DNA of 63,656 nucleotides, the filler included, from Octopus bimaculoides (lineage: Eukaryota), in the NCBI RefSeq assembly GCF_001194135.2. It is 4 parts of 3 records of this genome, joined end to end, with 100 filler letters (N's around TTAATTAATTAA, not from the genome) between each part and the next. Parts side by side here need not be neighbours in the genome. Positions count along the whole stretch, not along the records: positions 1 to 16,999 come from NC_068982.1; positions 17,100 to 35,864 come from NC_069006.1; 2 more parts are not named here. The stretch is one strand, 5' to 3'. Position numbers and translations under genes: made by a program. This document shows, in pieces, positions 12,451 through 26,304 of the stretch; position 1 is the first letter of the stretch; each line of letters begins with the position of its first letter. Under the pieces are notes generated by a model. That model saw only the letters and a list, made by a program, of their open reading frames with translations. It did not search any database and had not been told where the DNA came from.

Positions 12451-13438
12451 TCCCGACTAGTCCATGTTGACGAGTTTGCTATTTCATTCCGATATATAAG
12501 TTAAATATAGTGTAGCACTGCGAAGCCGATGTCACGCATAGCGGTCAGTTTTGACTAAGCAAACTAATAATCAAAGGTTTTTCATCCGTTACCATCCTTT
12601 CTTGTGTCCTCTATTTTGCAAAGTCAGTGGAGTGGAATTTGAGAAAACTTTGTCTATTTCTAGCAAGTACAGTAGTTTAAAACCTGTTGTTCTTGCCGTG
12701 GCCTGTAGGGCCATTGTCGCTGAACACTTAAGGAAACATTCATTGATTACATAATATTCAGATTTCTGCCTCTATAGCCTATAACTGCTTATGGTATAGG
12801 CCGTTATTACCTACACATATATAGTGTATATCTGTATCTGTATATAATATATAGTATTCTGATCCACGAGACTTTACGAGATTGATGCTTGCCGGCCACT
12901 GAACCTTCCGTTATTTATGTAATGTTCCATCAATACTATTACATAGTTTGTTAATTGATGACTGATTAGTTACTGGTTGGTGATTAATTAGCAATTTATT
13001 AGTAACTAATTGTTGACTGATTAATAACAATAATGAACACTAAACGAATGTGGCTACCGCAGTGTATCATAAATATTCCATTAGTTTCAGTCTGCTGACT
13101 ACATTCTTAACACATTGTCATTGATGTTGTAGTTGTTTAACCCCAAGTCAGCACAGATCGAACCAACCTATAATGAAAAGAATTGAAGACATGGCTTTCC
13201 TATATTTTATTCAGATATAAGGTATTAGATGTGTCATTTCATTTCGTGATCTTAGGGATATTTTGTTGCTATTTCTTGCAAGTCCAGCGATATCATTGAT
13301 GCTCCTTTCTATTCTTGATTGGCGAAATTCAATCACTATTGCCATCTAAGATATTAGCATTCGTGGCAGAAATAAATATTACTTAGGTCTTAATTATAAG
13401 CAGGGATCTCATTGTGTTCGGGGAGAGATCCAAAGTAG

Positions 13439-13873
13439 TGTGGATGTTAAAGGTAAAGGTAAAATCTTTCTCACCACAACCCGAATTCTAGCGGAAGTGC
13501 TTATTATTTTGTTTACTACGACTTCTTGTGTACGGGCTACTATTATTTTGAATTGACTGCATACTTTCAGAATCTACAACCACACGTCACGTAAGTCATC
13601 TTAACTGCGTCTCATTTATTTAACCTTACACTAAGTACATCACCTAATAAATCCGTACTGAAGCTATAAGTTTCAAGAATTCCTTCCCCACCAAGATTTT
13701 TTCTTATATACACCGACCAGGCTCTTAACAGATTCCTAATCTGAGCACCAACCGCATCATTCTCGTCAGTCTTGGAGTGCCCGGAAAAGTCATAGACACT
13801 GACTTTCTACCTTTGATTACCTTATAAAAGAAAGACACAGTTAGTGACTCAGAATTTAGATAAAGTTGTTACA
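13439..13873 (-). mobile_element. Possible solo LTR
   Basis: Minus strand starts TGTAACA and ends ...TCCACA (435 bp), with a central TATATAAG. It shares an aaggaatt motif after the TATA with the 1297-1708 LTR. No clear TSD or PBS. Confidence 0.35.
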
Positions 13874-14343
13874 GTCTACAAGAAATCGGAGGCTCTATGC
13901 TTCTACATAAACTGCTCGTGAAATCGAAAACAAATAATAAAATCAACTGAAGAATGTTCGTGTCAAGAATATAAGTAAACTATAGATAGTAGATAGTACG
14001 AAATATATTTTAGTCAAAAACAGTACATGTTATTATATTTATTAGAAAAGATGAGAGACGGAGGGAGACAACACAATCACCATGCACACACATCACACGG
14101 ATATGCAGATATATATGTAAACTCATACAAGTACCTATATCTCTATATTTGTTTATCTCTATCTCTCTAGCTAACCATGAGTATGTATGTGTGTGTACGC
14201 ATATAAATGAACATATATATACACACATACACAAATATATGTTGTGTGTGTACATATACATACATGAAAGTATACATAACAAAAATATATATACACATAT
14301 TTATATATATATATGCAGTTTTATCTATCTATCTATATCTATA

Positions 14344-14379
<36 letters not shown>

Positions 14380-14499
14380 GTGGTAATTATATGTGTAAAT
14401 ACATACATACATACATACATAATCAGTACTAGTAGAAGTATTGCAATAAATTCTCCAGTTCATAACATGGCTTCAATAAATTTCTATATTACTATATTC

Positions 14500-14519
14500 T
14501 ACTACTAACTACAAGGACG

Positions 14520-14553
<34 letters not shown>

Positions 14554-14630
14554 ATACTACTACTACTACTACTAATACTACTACTACTACTACTTCCAAC
14601 ACCACCACAAGCATCACAACTACAACTAAT

Positions 14631-14664
<34 letters not shown>

Positions 14665-14665
14665 C

Positions 14666-14728
<63 letters not shown>

Positions 14729-14730
14729 TC
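14500..14730. repeat. (CTA)n followed by its reverse complement (TAG)n
   Basis: (CTA)n at about 14523-14595, a ~35-nt spacer, then (GTA)n at about 14631-14727. Confidence 0.9.
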
Positions 14731-14941
14731 TCTAGTCCAACGCAGAACTTAACTTTCCTTTCATACAACGCAACAACAACAAAACACAACATACCACAAC
14801 AGAAGATACATCCCCCCAACCTCTACCTCTACTACTATTTGCTACTATCTTAACATTATCTAGTACAGCTAAGACACACATCACACACATACACGCAAAC
14901 ACACACACACACACACACACACATACACAATTCTCTCTCTC

Positions 14942-14988
<47 letters not shown>

Positions 14989-15376
14989 ACACACACACCT
15001 CTACCATCTCCTTCAATAACAACTATACATTCTACCAAGCACAACAATAGTTACAACGCCGCCATCACCACAGAATATATACACAAGTCACTAATTATAC
15101 ATGCTTTGCTCTAACATTTCCAATAATAACAAGGTAGACAAACTGAAACCTAGAATGAATTATAAATCAAGAAAAATTCTGACATCTTTAGAATTGAAGC
15201 TGTTCCGCTACCTACCATTATTGCCACCACGTCACCTCAAAGAGAAAATTAGATAAGTTTCAAGTAATGCAACTCGAAAATTACTGACTTGTTTTCATAT
15301 GAAATGCAAATGCTTTTAGAAGTATAAATTTATTATTACGTGTTTATGTATGTATATATGTATGTATGTTTGTATA

Positions 15377-15453
<77 letters not shown>

Positions 15454-16655
15454 AAAGGTATGTAAGGATGGATGAGTGGATGGATTGATTGGATGGATGG
15501 ATATGGACTACATGTAAGTATGAGTATGTATATATGCATACATGTATGAGTATGCATGCGTGTACGTGTGTGCGTATGCATACAGATATGTATGTACGTA
15601 CGCGTGTACGTATATATGTATGTATATATGTAAATATGTAATTATATATATATATATATATATGTATATGTATATATATATACATATATANNNNNNNNNN
15701 TGTATATACATAGGTATGTATGTGTATATATATATACATATGTATATATATAAATGTGTGCATATATCTATGTATATGTACGTACGTATGTATGTATATA
15801 CATAGGTATGTATGTGTATATATATATACATATGTATATATATATATATGTGTGTGCACGTACGTATGTGTATTTTCGTACGTCTGTAAGTCTGTGTATA
15901 TCTTTGTATATGCGTACATGTATGCTCGCATGTTCATGAGTATACACATATATATACGTACATACTTTCATAAGTATGCGAACGCAGATTTGGCCAGGCT
16001 GTTAAGAAGTTCGCTTACACAATAACGAGGTCCGCTGATCGATCTCATTGCATGGCATCTAAGTAAGACTCTTTAACCATGAACTTGCTCTGACCCGAAC
16101 TGATGTTTGGTAGACAAAACTATGTAGTGAACCATCAAAAGGCTTGTGCATGAATTTTCTATGAACCAACTTAATCGTATAGTATGTCACAGTAATGCGG
16201 TCAGAATTTTAGTCTTGGGGGCCCATGAATTTTAATTTGAGAGTCCATAAGTATTTCATTGATGCAATAACTGAATACGCCATCGTCGAAAACCGACGGA
16301 GGAGATATATTTGTTTTCTTTTTTATCTCTTTATAATGTTTTTTTTTCTGTATGTGTGTTTATACATATATACATACGCAATACACATACATTTACACAC
16401 ACATACATAGATACATACACACACCTATATGCCTGTATCCTACGTAAAATACTGTCTATGTAATCTCAAATTTTAAAACAAACACATAATTGTCTTATGG
16501 CTTCTTAAACATTCTCTAGAACAACACTGTACAAAACCAAATATATGGCACCCTAGGCATAACACCAACATGAACTTCTAACTTGTCTCTTGCGGTCTCT
16601 GGGTGAGACCTGGAGCCAACTTGTACAAATGCAAAGCAAAAGTAAACATAAAATG

Positions 16656-16709
<54 letters not shown>

Positions 16710-16999
16710 GCTTTCTAATTGATGTATCAATACCAGCAGATGACAACGTTTCTCTAAAAGAAATGGAAAAACCTTCAAAATACAAAGACCTGGAAATAGA
16801 GATAACTCGAATGTGGAATCTAAAGACAGAAACAATTCCTATCATAGTAGGTGCCTTAGGTATAATAAAAAAATATTCAGACAAATACATAACAAAAACA
16901 CCAGGACTTACAAATATATATAACATACAGAAAATTGCACTACTGGGTACTGCACACATTCTACGCAAAACACTTTCAATACAGTAAACATAAGAGCAC
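16710..16999 (+). mobile_element. R4/Dong-clade LINE, 5'-truncated 3' end (REL endonuclease tail)
   Basis: FLIDVSIPADDNVSLKEMEKPSKYKDLEIEITRMWNLKTETIPIIVGALG...QKIALLGTAHILRKTLSIQ*. It starts directly after a (TAA)n tract (about 16655-16709) and runs into a gap. Confidence 0.88.
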
Positions 17000-17043
17000 N
17001 NNNNNNNNNNNNNNNNNNNNNNNNNNNNNNNNNNNNNNNNNNN

Positions 17044-17055
17044 TTAATTAATTAA
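17044..17055. other. Synthetic scaffolding linker TTAATTAATTAA (assembly artefact)
   Basis: Identical 12-mer centred between 44 N on each side; also at 35909-35920 and 60699-60710. It gives stop codons in all six frames. Confidence 0.9.
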
Positions 17056-17101
17056 NNNNNNNNNNNNNNNNNNNNNNNNNNNNNNNNNNNNNNNNNNNNA
17101 T

Positions 17102-17140
<39 letters not shown>

Positions 17141-17144
17141 TAAT

Positions 17145-17565
17145 CACAGGTATGGTTGTGTCGTAAGAAGCTTGCTTCTCAACCATATGGTTCCGAGTTC
17201 AGTCCCACTGTGTGGCATATTGGGCAAGTGTCTTCAGCTATAGCCTCAGGCTGACCAAAGCCTTGTGAGTGGATTTGGTAGAGAGAAACCGAAAGACGCC
17301 TGTCGTATATATGTGTATGTATGTGTCTATGTGTGTGTGTGTGTGTGTTTGTGTCTGCGTTTATCCCTCACCACTGCTTGACAACCCATGCCAGTGTGTT
17401 TACATTCCTGTAACTTAGCAGTTTGGCAAAAGAAAACTGATAGAATAAGCAGCAGGGTTAAAAACAAAAATAAGTACTGCGGTCGATTCATTTAACTAAA
17501 AGTTTTGCAACACAGTGCTCCAGCATGGCTTGCAGCCTAATGACTGAAAGAAGTATAAAAATAAA
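17145..17565 (+). mobile_element. SINE family B, near full length
   Basis: tRNA-like head, (ccttgggcaag)-type core, internal (TA/TG)n, and tail ...gctccagcatgg...aatgactgaaa. Confidence 0.88.
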
Positions 17566-18657
17566 AGATATATCATATGGATGAATGTATGTAGGTATGT
17601 ATGCGTGTATGTTCACACGCATATATGTATGTATATGTATAGATGTTATTAAAGTGAAAAAGGGTACCCTTCAGACCAGCATTGCTAGAAACAAGAGTCA
17701 AAACAACTACAAGCCACGAGAAAACAGTTATCCTTTTTGCCTTTCAGTTGTAAATTATGAATAAGCCACCTTTATTATTTATGTATATGTGTGTATATGT
17801 GTGCATGTGTGTGTATGGTGGGTGGGTGGATGGATGGATTTTAACTATGTCAATTGCTTTTACAACTAAAACTTATTATAATAGCAGATTGACAACAAAA
17901 CAAGACCAAACAGTCGTGCATGCATATAGACTGACAGACAGACAGATAGACAGAGAAATTGATAGGTAAATAGACAGAAATACAGGTAGGAGAGAGAGAG
18001 TGAGAGAGAGAGAGGGGGGGGGGGGGGNNNNNNNNNNNNNNNNNNNNNNNNNNNNNNNNNNNNNNNNNNNNNNNNNNNNNNNNNNNNNNNNNNNNNNNNN
18101 NNNNNNNNNNNNNNNNNNNNNNNNNNNNNNNNNNNNNNNNNNNNNNNNNNNNNNNNNNNNNNNNNNNNNNNNNNNNNNNNNNNNNNNNNNNNNNNNNNNN
18201 NNNNNNNNNNNNNNNNNNNNNNNNNNNNNNNNNNNNNNNNNNNNNNNNNNNNNNNNNNNNNNNNNNNNNNNNNNNNNNNNNNNNNNNNNNNNNNNNNNNN
18301 NNNNNNNNNNNNNNNNNNNNNNNNNNNNNNNNNNNNNNNNNNNNNNNNNNNNNNNNNNNNNNNNNNNNNNNNNNNNNNNNNNNNNNNNNNNNNNNNNNNN
18401 NNNNNNNNNNNNNNNNNNNNNNNNNNNNNNNNNNNNNNNNNNNNNNNNNNNNNNNNNNNNNNNNNNNNNNNNNNNNNNNNNNNNNNNNNNNNNNNNNNNN
18501 NNNNNNNNNNNNNNNNNNNNNNNNNNNNNNNNNNNNNNNNNNNNNNNNNNNNNNNNNNNNNNNNNNNNNNNNNNNNNNNNNNNNNNNNNNNNNNNNNNNN
18601 NNNNNNNNNNNNNNNNNNNNNNNNNNNNNNNNNNNNNNNNNNNNNNNNNNNNNNNNN

Positions 18658-18701
<44 letters not shown>

Positions 18702-19074
18702 TACACATGTATACATATTACACATCACACACACATACCTCAGTCCTGCCCTGTCTTCAATAGCCCCAAAGTAATAGGATTATATACACTAATGGACAGC
18801 TACAACAAACAAGTCCAGCCATATATTAAATACACACACACACACACTTCAACAAATATATAACCCCCACCCCCCCAAAAAAAAACACCCAAAAAGAATA
18901 GAGTAATTGATTCATTGGGTATTTGCTCAGTTTACAGATGGGATGTGCTTGGTCATTTACATACACATGTATATGTGTATGTGTGTATATGCGTGTATAT
19001 ATAAGCACTCACATATACACACACATTCATATATACACAGATGCTAGATATCTTAATTAAATATATACACACAG

Positions 19075-19107
<33 letters not shown>

Positions 19108-19184
19108 ACATCTAATCCGTATGTATATAGTATACATATGTATGTATCTGTATAGATGGATAGGTAAATTGGATAGAAAGACAA

Positions 19185-19221
<37 letters not shown>

Positions 19222-20135
19222 CAGACAGACACATATAGCTAGATCAATAGATAGACGGACAGACAGACGGATATTCATAGATCCATGAGTAGATAGATAG
19301 AAATAGTTTGTTTATTTTTTAATTAAGTAATCCGATGTGTATGGCACAGGGAAACAAATAATGGAAAACACATCAAAAACAATAGGAAAAAAGCACAAGT
19401 GTAAATTAAAAAAAACAAAAATAGTGCCACCTTTCCCCCATCCCACATTGCTACCAACACCCACATCACGATCCCCCATCCCCACCCCCAACCCCATCAT
19501 GATCACCACTACCTACTGTCCCTTAAAAATGTAATAAACATGTCATGAAAGATTTTCTTCCCGAAAGAATGTGAAATTCCTCATCCCTACCCCCAACACT
19601 AACTTCCTTCAGATTTGCTCTTTTTTTTTTTCTGGTTTAATTTTTTTTTTTTTTTTTTTCAGGAAAGATGGGGGGATGCAGTCACAGAGTTGGGGTGGTG
19701 GTGCTATTCTAGACTTTACACATTGTTATTGCTATTTAACCCCGGGTCAGTTCGGATCATGCAAGCTATGATCAAAAGCATTCCAGCTATGACAATCCTG
19801 TTCTTTATTCAATAGGCAGGAAAAACAACATTATCCAATATGTTTTTTTTCTTCCAAAGACTGAAGTTAAGGCAGATTTCGTTGCTATTTCAAGTTAAGT
19901 AACTACAAAGAGGGTCCTTCATTGGCCAGATACTTTCCTTTAAGTCTGCATTACAAACATCTACTGATTTAGGTTCAATTGTACCTTTAAAGAGGGCACC
20001 CACAAGGTATTAGGCCTGAAGTGAGTACACTCAATAAAGACTAAATCCCTACTGTCTTTCCACGATTTTGCAAATTTACACACCCACCCACTCATCCTAA
20101 AAGATCCCTGATCCACTTCACTATATGCACTTCTC

Positions 20136-20695
20136 TGTAACTTGGGAATACATCCATCGTATCATATCTTTGTAACCTGAGAGTACATCCATCCTATTGT
20201 GCCTTTGTAATCTGGGAGTACGTCCATCCCGTCATATCTTTGTAACTTGAGAGTATGTCTATCTTACATTGCCTTTGTAACTCAGGAGTATGTCCATCCT
20301 GTCATGTCTTTGTAACTTGAGAGTATGTCCATCCTGTCATGTTATTCTAACTTGGGAGTGCATCTGTCTTGTCATATTTTTGTAACTTGGGAGTACGCTC
20401 ATTCTGTCATGTCTTTGTAACTTGGGAGAATGTCCATCCCATCATATCTTTGTAACTTGAGAGTGTGACCATCTTGTCACATCTTTGTAACTTAGGAGTA
20501 CATCTGTCTCATCATATCTTTGTGACTTGGAAGTACGTCCATCCCATCATGTCTTTGTAATATGAGAGTGTGTCAGTCCCATCATGTCTTTCTAACTTAG
20601 GAGTATGTTGGTCCCATCATACCTTTGTAACTTGGAGTATGTCCATTCCGTCATGTCTTTGTAACTTAGGAGTGTGTCCATCCTATTCATATCTT
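20136..20695. repeat. 35-bp minisatellite, 16 copies
   Basis: Unit consensus tgtaacttgggagtatgtccatcc(c/t)(a/g)tcat(g/a)tctt, head-to-tail with no spacers. Confidence 0.95.
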
Positions 20696-20854
20696 CACAA
20701 TCTTATCTCATTCCTCAACTGAGATAGTCATGTATGTCCTCTATTGCAAATGACATAACCAGAAGGGGCCTTGACATGGCTGGCTTCCCGTCTCAACTTG
20801 AGCCAAGAGGTCTCAACTGCAGAGATGATAAGCATCCCGACAGAATAACCCTCT

Positions 20855-21035
20855 TCCCATTTGGTTGTCATTAGGATGGGTATCCAGCCATGGAAACCAT
20901 GCCAAAACAGACAGCAGATCTTGGCGCAGTCTTCTGGCTCAACACCTCCTGTCAAATCATCCAACTCATGCCAGCATGGAAGGAGGATGTGTGGTGACAA
21001 TGATGATGATGATGATGCTGATGATGATGCTGACA
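20855..21035 (+). mobile_element. RTE-clade LINE-type 3' tail
   Basis: ggttgtcattaggatgggtatccagcc...aactcatgccagcatggaagg...(tga)n, a diverged version of the tail at 34480-34626. Confidence 0.7.
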
Positions 21036-22086
21036 AACTGCGACTCCGATGGGGGACATGTATTTTAGTCAAACACCATCCAGTGTTATGTACTCGTTTT
21101 GTAGAGCTATATTTATCTACATTCATCTACATTCTACATAAATACACCTATAGACATGTGTGTGTGTGTGTGTGTGCGTGCGTGCGTATTTATCCNNNNN
21201 NNNNNNNNNNNNNNNNNNNNNNNNNNNNNNNNNNNNNNNNNNNNNNNNNNNNNNNNNNNNNNNNNNNNNNNNNNNNNNNNNNNNNNNNNNNNNNNNNNNN
21301 NNNNNNNNNNNNNNNNNNNNNNNNNNNNNNNNNNNNNNNNNNNNNNNNNNNNNNNNNNNNNNNNNNNNNNNNNNNNNNNNNNNNNNNNNNNNNNNNNNNN
21401 NNNNNNNNNNNNNNNNNNNNNNNNNNNNNNNNNNNNNNNNNNNNNNNNNNNNNNNNNNNNNNNNNNNNNNNNNNNNNNNNNNNNNNNNNNNNNNNNNNNN
21501 NNNNNNNNNNNNNNNNNNNNNNNNNNNNNNNNNNNNNNNNNNNNNNNNNNNNNNNNNNNNNNNNNNNNNNNNNNNNNNNNNNNNNNNNNNNNNNNNNNNN
21601 NNNNNNNNNNNNNNNNNNNNNNNNNNNNNNNNNNNNNNNNNNNNNNNNNNNNNNNNNNNNNNNNNNNNNNNNNNNNNNNNNNNNNNNNNNNNNNNNNNNN
21701 NNNNNNNNNNNNNNNNNNNNNNNNNNNNNNNNNNNNNNNNNNNNNNNNNNNNNNNNNNNNNNNNNNNNNNNNNNNNNNNNNNNNNNNNNNNNNNNNNNNN
21801 NNNNNNNNNNNNNNNNNNNNNNNNNNNNNNNNNNNNNNNNNNNNNNNNNNNNNNNNNNNNNNNNNNNNNNNNNNNNNNNNNNNNNNNNNNNNNNNNNNNN
21901 NNNNNNNNNNNNNNNNNNNNNNNNNNNNNNNNNNNNNNNNNNNNNNNNNNNNNNNNNNNNNNNNNNNNNNNNNNNNNNNNNNNNNNNNNNNNNNNNNNNN
22001 NNNNNNNNNNNNNNNNNNNNNNNNNNNNNNNNNNNNNNNNNNNNNNNNNNNNNNNNNNNNNNNNNNNNNNNNNNNNNNNNNNNNNN

Positions 22087-22128
<42 letters not shown>

Positions 22129-22524
22129 TGTGTGTGTGTGAGAAAGAATGATGGAGTTAGGGTAAGTGATCTACAATGGCTACAAGGAGTGACTAATTGT
22201 GGGTCATTGCTGTCTAGACAGAATGTTAGCTGCACATTTTCAGCAACCAGCTGTACACGCATACAAATACACATGGATGCACTCTTTCAAATGCATCCTC
22301 TGTCACTTTCAACCATGTGTATTCCAGTATTTGACCAATTGAAAAGTATACTCATATTATTAATAATGTGGTTGAGTATTCCACAGACATGTGTCCACTT
22401 GAGGTAATGCTCAGGTGAAAACAATGTGGAATAATATGACATGGGTGAACATTTGAATTACAGGTACCGTCCACTTAACAGGTTTCATTTCATCTTCTCC
22501 TTTCATCTTAAATGGAGAACTAGT

Positions 22525-22640
22525 CCCTGCCAAGTGCTGCCATGCCCTGCCAGGTCCTGTCACACCCTGCTAGGCCCTGCCAGGACCTACTAGACCCTGC
22601 CATGCGCTGCCAGACCCTGCTCTACCCTCACAGGGCCTAC
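22525..22640. repeat. GC-rich 10-bp minisatellite (ccctgccagg-like)
   Basis: About 11-12 degenerate copies of ccctgcca(g/t)g. Confidence 0.8.
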
Positions 22641-22683
22641 ACAATATGTTAGAGTATACTTCTACTTCTTACAAACACACACT

Positions 22684-23078
22684 CTTTTACTCTTTTACTT
22701 GTTTCAGTCATTTGACTGTGGCCATGCTGGAGCACCACCTTTAGTCAAGCAAATTGACCGCAGGACTTATTCTTTCTAAGTCTAGTACTTATTCTATCAA
22801 TCACTCTAACCGAACCGCTAAGTAACGGGGACGTAAACACCAGCATCAGTTGTCAAGCGATGTTGGGGGGACAAACACAGACACAAACATATACACACAC
22901 ATACATATATATACATATATACAACAGGTTTCTTTCAGTTTCCGTCTACCAAATCCACTCACAAGGCTTTGGTCGGCTCGAAGCTATAGTAAAAGACACT
23001 TGCCCAAGGTGCCATGCAGTGGGACTGAGCCCGGAACGATGTGGTTGGTAAGCAAGCCTCTTACCACACAGCCACTCC
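22684..23078 (-). mobile_element. SINE family B full-length copy
   Basis: Reverse complement of head, core and tail (ctcttttactcttttacttgtttcagtcatttgactg.ggccatgctggagcacc). Confidence 0.9.
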
Positions 23079-23159
23079 AAAGGGTCGACTTTGTGAAGAG
23101 TATGGCATGGAATTTAGAAATTTGTAGTGAACCTATTTTTTGAATGAACTTTACAGATC

Positions 23160-23625
23160 AACTTCCAGGATTTTAGGTGTTGGAAACCAACTAACACTTT
23201 CAGATTTTGATATAAGATTTAGAAAGAGAAAAAAGAAAAAAAACTTGTAAGTTTTTGGTCTAAGAATCCAATAAACACTTCCAGATTTATTCTCAGAAAC
23301 TAAGGAAAAACTTTCAGAGTTTTGTGTTTTGAGAAATTTTGTTTAAAAACTTCCAAGTTTTGCATCTTAGTGACAAAGAATTTGAAGGTCTTGTGTCTAA
23401 GAAGTTGAGAAGAATTGTTTTAACTTCCAACTTTTCACCAAAGAAACTTTGGAAATTTTTTTTTTAAGAAACCAAAGAAATTCTTTTTAAAATTCAAACT
23501 TTAAGTCTTAGTAACCAAGATCTTAAGATTTGTGGCTGAGTAACCAAGAAGAATTTTATAAAAACTTTCAAATTTTAGTCATAGAAACAAAGAGAAATTA
23601 AAAGAACTTCCTAAGTTTTGGTTTT
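23160..23625. repeat. Very degenerate AT-rich tandem repeat (~35-45 bp unit)
   Basis: Recurrent aactt(c/t)ca(a/g)(g/a)tttt...ag(a/t)aaccaa motifs; period irregular. Confidence 0.5.
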
Positions 23626-24591
23626 AATGAAAAAAAAATACGGCTTTTAAGTGATTTTTTTTGTTTTATTTGTTTTGTGGACAATTTTTTTTCTCTTTTC
23701 TTGTGAAACAACAAGAGGAAGAAGTGTTTTCTTGCAATGACAAAAACCCTTTTTAAGCTGAATCATTTGTCTGGTGAGAAGAGACGGGGATGAAATTAAG
23801 GGCTATAACCAAGAAGAAAGAAGAACAGGAATTGCATTTTGTCCGACTGTGAAAGCGTGGGTGCTTTTGTTATTACAAATATCCTCATCGTTGTCATCAC
23901 CATCATCATCATCATCATCATTAGTATTTTCTTTTTTTAATTTTTGTCCATCGCAGTCACGACGACCATCCACTAGTCTGTGCAGTATCACCATCAATCA
24001 CTACCACCGCCCCTCGCAATAAAGAAGATGAAGACAATGAAACTGAGAGGGTCAAAATAATAATAATGAGGAGGAGGAGGAAGAGGAGAGGAGGAGGAGG
24101 AAGAGGAGAGGANNNNNNNNNNNNNNNNNNNNNNNNNNNNNNNNNNNNNNNNNNNNNNNNNNNNNNNNNNNNNNNNNNNNNNNNNNNNNNNNNNNNNNNN
24201 NNNNNNNNNNNNNNNNNNNNNNNNNNNNNNNNNNNNNNNNNNNNNNNNNNNNNNNNNNNNNNNNNNNNNNNNNNNNNNNNNNNNNNNNNNNNNNNNNNNN
24301 NNNNNNNNNNNNNNNNNNNNNNNNNNNNNNNNNNNNNNNNNNNNNNNNNNNNNNNNNNNNNNNNNNNNNNNNNNNNNNNNNNNNNNNNNNNNNNNNNNNN
24401 NNNNNNNNNNNNNNNNNNNNNNNNNNNNNNNNNNNNNNNNNNNNNNNNNNNNNNNNNNNNNNNNNNNNNNNNNNNNNNNNGATAGATGATTGATCGATAC
24501 AGGATATGGACTGGCCAGGGAGAATCCAAAAGGTGACAGTGTAAGGGAAAACAAACATGTGTATATGTAATTTATATGTAGTGTGTGTGTC

Positions 24592-24684
<93 letters not shown>

Positions 24685-25521
24685 CTATATATGCATAAAT
24701 GTATGACATACATGTATGTGTATGTACACATGTATACATGCATTCATAGATATACACATGCACACAGACATGTATGCACCTACGCATACATATTCACAAA
24801 CACATAGACTAAAAGTAAGTGGGAGAGAGAGAGAGAGAGATAAAATTTGTTTTTTAAATGGCTGATACCCAGTTAACATTCACAGACACCAATAAACTCA
24901 CAATCTTACATTAGCACAAACGCAAAAAAAAATGCGAACACATGCTCACGTGCATGCACATGCACGCGCATACACACACACATGCACCCATGCAGTAGCA
25001 GTATAATCAAAATTATCAACACACCCAGTTCTAAGCACACCAACACACATTAAATATAAAACCACTGCAACCACCATCACTACTACTACTACTACTACTA
25101 CTACTATCATGAGAGATACAGTGAGGGTGAGAGGGAGACTACACAGCAGTGTTACAGATGTAGAGAAGAAAAATTAGCATGTTTGTGTGCTTGTGTGTGT
25201 GTGTGTGTGTGTGTGTTTGTTTGTGCGTGAGATAGAGAGAGAGAGACTGACTCTGAAAAGTGTTGTGTGGACAGAAGAAAAGAAGAACAAAAACCAAACA
25301 TATTTTGCAGTTGAATTCACAGGGGATCATTTTGGAGATAGAAATTGTTCACTTAATTTTATTCGAGTCTTTCACAAATTCTTTTTATTTCAGTTTTTTG
25401 TTTCTAATTAATTTTCTTACTTTTTGTTATTGTCCTCAAAGCTCCAGTAAAGTTGTTAAATTTCTAAAGTTCTGTTGGCGAAAACAATGGAGAAATGAGA
25501 AAAATACAAAGAGACGGATAA

Positions 25522-25558
<37 letters not shown>

Positions 25559-26164
25559 AGATGCCAGATATGACCACCACTCATAGCAAAATAATTATCA
25601 TTGACCAATGTAGTAGGTTACGACACAATTCATTTGGTTACACTAGAGGGAGTTAGTCTGAAAGTTGGTGGGTCACAGGGAAAGAATCAATCCATTTTAC
25701 AATGGTGAAGAAAAGACCAAGTACCAGGTACCAGGGTTGTTGTCAGGCGTTCACTGCCCCCACCAGATGAGCAACATAGTCAATGGACGACCCACATTAT
25801 CAATATGCAGAGGACGAGTAGTGAGTAAGAGTAAGGATGCTCTTAGGGAAACTCAAAAAGGATGAACTACCTGGTCTGTTTTTTGAGAGGACTTTCAGGC
25901 TGGCATCTATTATGGATCCCTGACCTGGCAGTGCTTCTGAATGACTCTATCAGTCTGAGGTAAACTCTACAGGCACAGAAGTGCCACCAGGTTGGACTGA
26001 CTACAATGCATGTGAAGCAATGAGATCATACTGTGAGCACTTGTGCTTTCACTAAGCATTGTTGACTTGTGAAGTTATGTTGATCAGCTGTTGTCATGTA
26101 TAGGGTGAGTCTAACTGATGGCCAAGTCCATCATGGTGGTTGCCTAACCATATGCCTTTAACAG

Positions 26165-26295
26165 AGTGAGGAAGACGGTGTTGCTCTGCATAGTAGAGAC
26201 CTGGACCAACCACAAACAGGACCTGAACGAGCTCAAGGCATTTCAAATGCAGTGTCTTCATCAAATCCTTGATGTCTCTCTACACGACTGAATCT
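26165..26295 (+). mobile_element. RTE-clade LINE fragment (post-RT region)
   Basis: VLLCIVETWTNHKQDLNELKAFQMQCLHQILDVSLHD*IS resembles the RTE motif LLYG.ETW....D...L.AF.M.CLR.IL. Confidence 0.7.
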
Positions 26296-26304
26296 CAAGT
26301 ATTG

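Noticed and set aside
12560-12740. Minus-strand VFSDNGPTGHGKNN, reminiscent of the DN(C)xGQNKN motif of some DDE transposases
   Set aside because: Single short motif with stops nearby and no TIRs or further motifs.
14010-16025. Many 60-200 aa ORFs rich in Y/I/H/T/C/V
   Set aside because: They are translations of (TA)n, (CA)n, (TG)n and (TAC)n microsatellites.
20136-20695. CRISPR-like appearance of the 35-bp array (and of the 34-bp array at 11760-12450)
   Set aside because: Units are head-to-tail homologues without unique spacers, there are no cas genes, and the context is eukaryotic.
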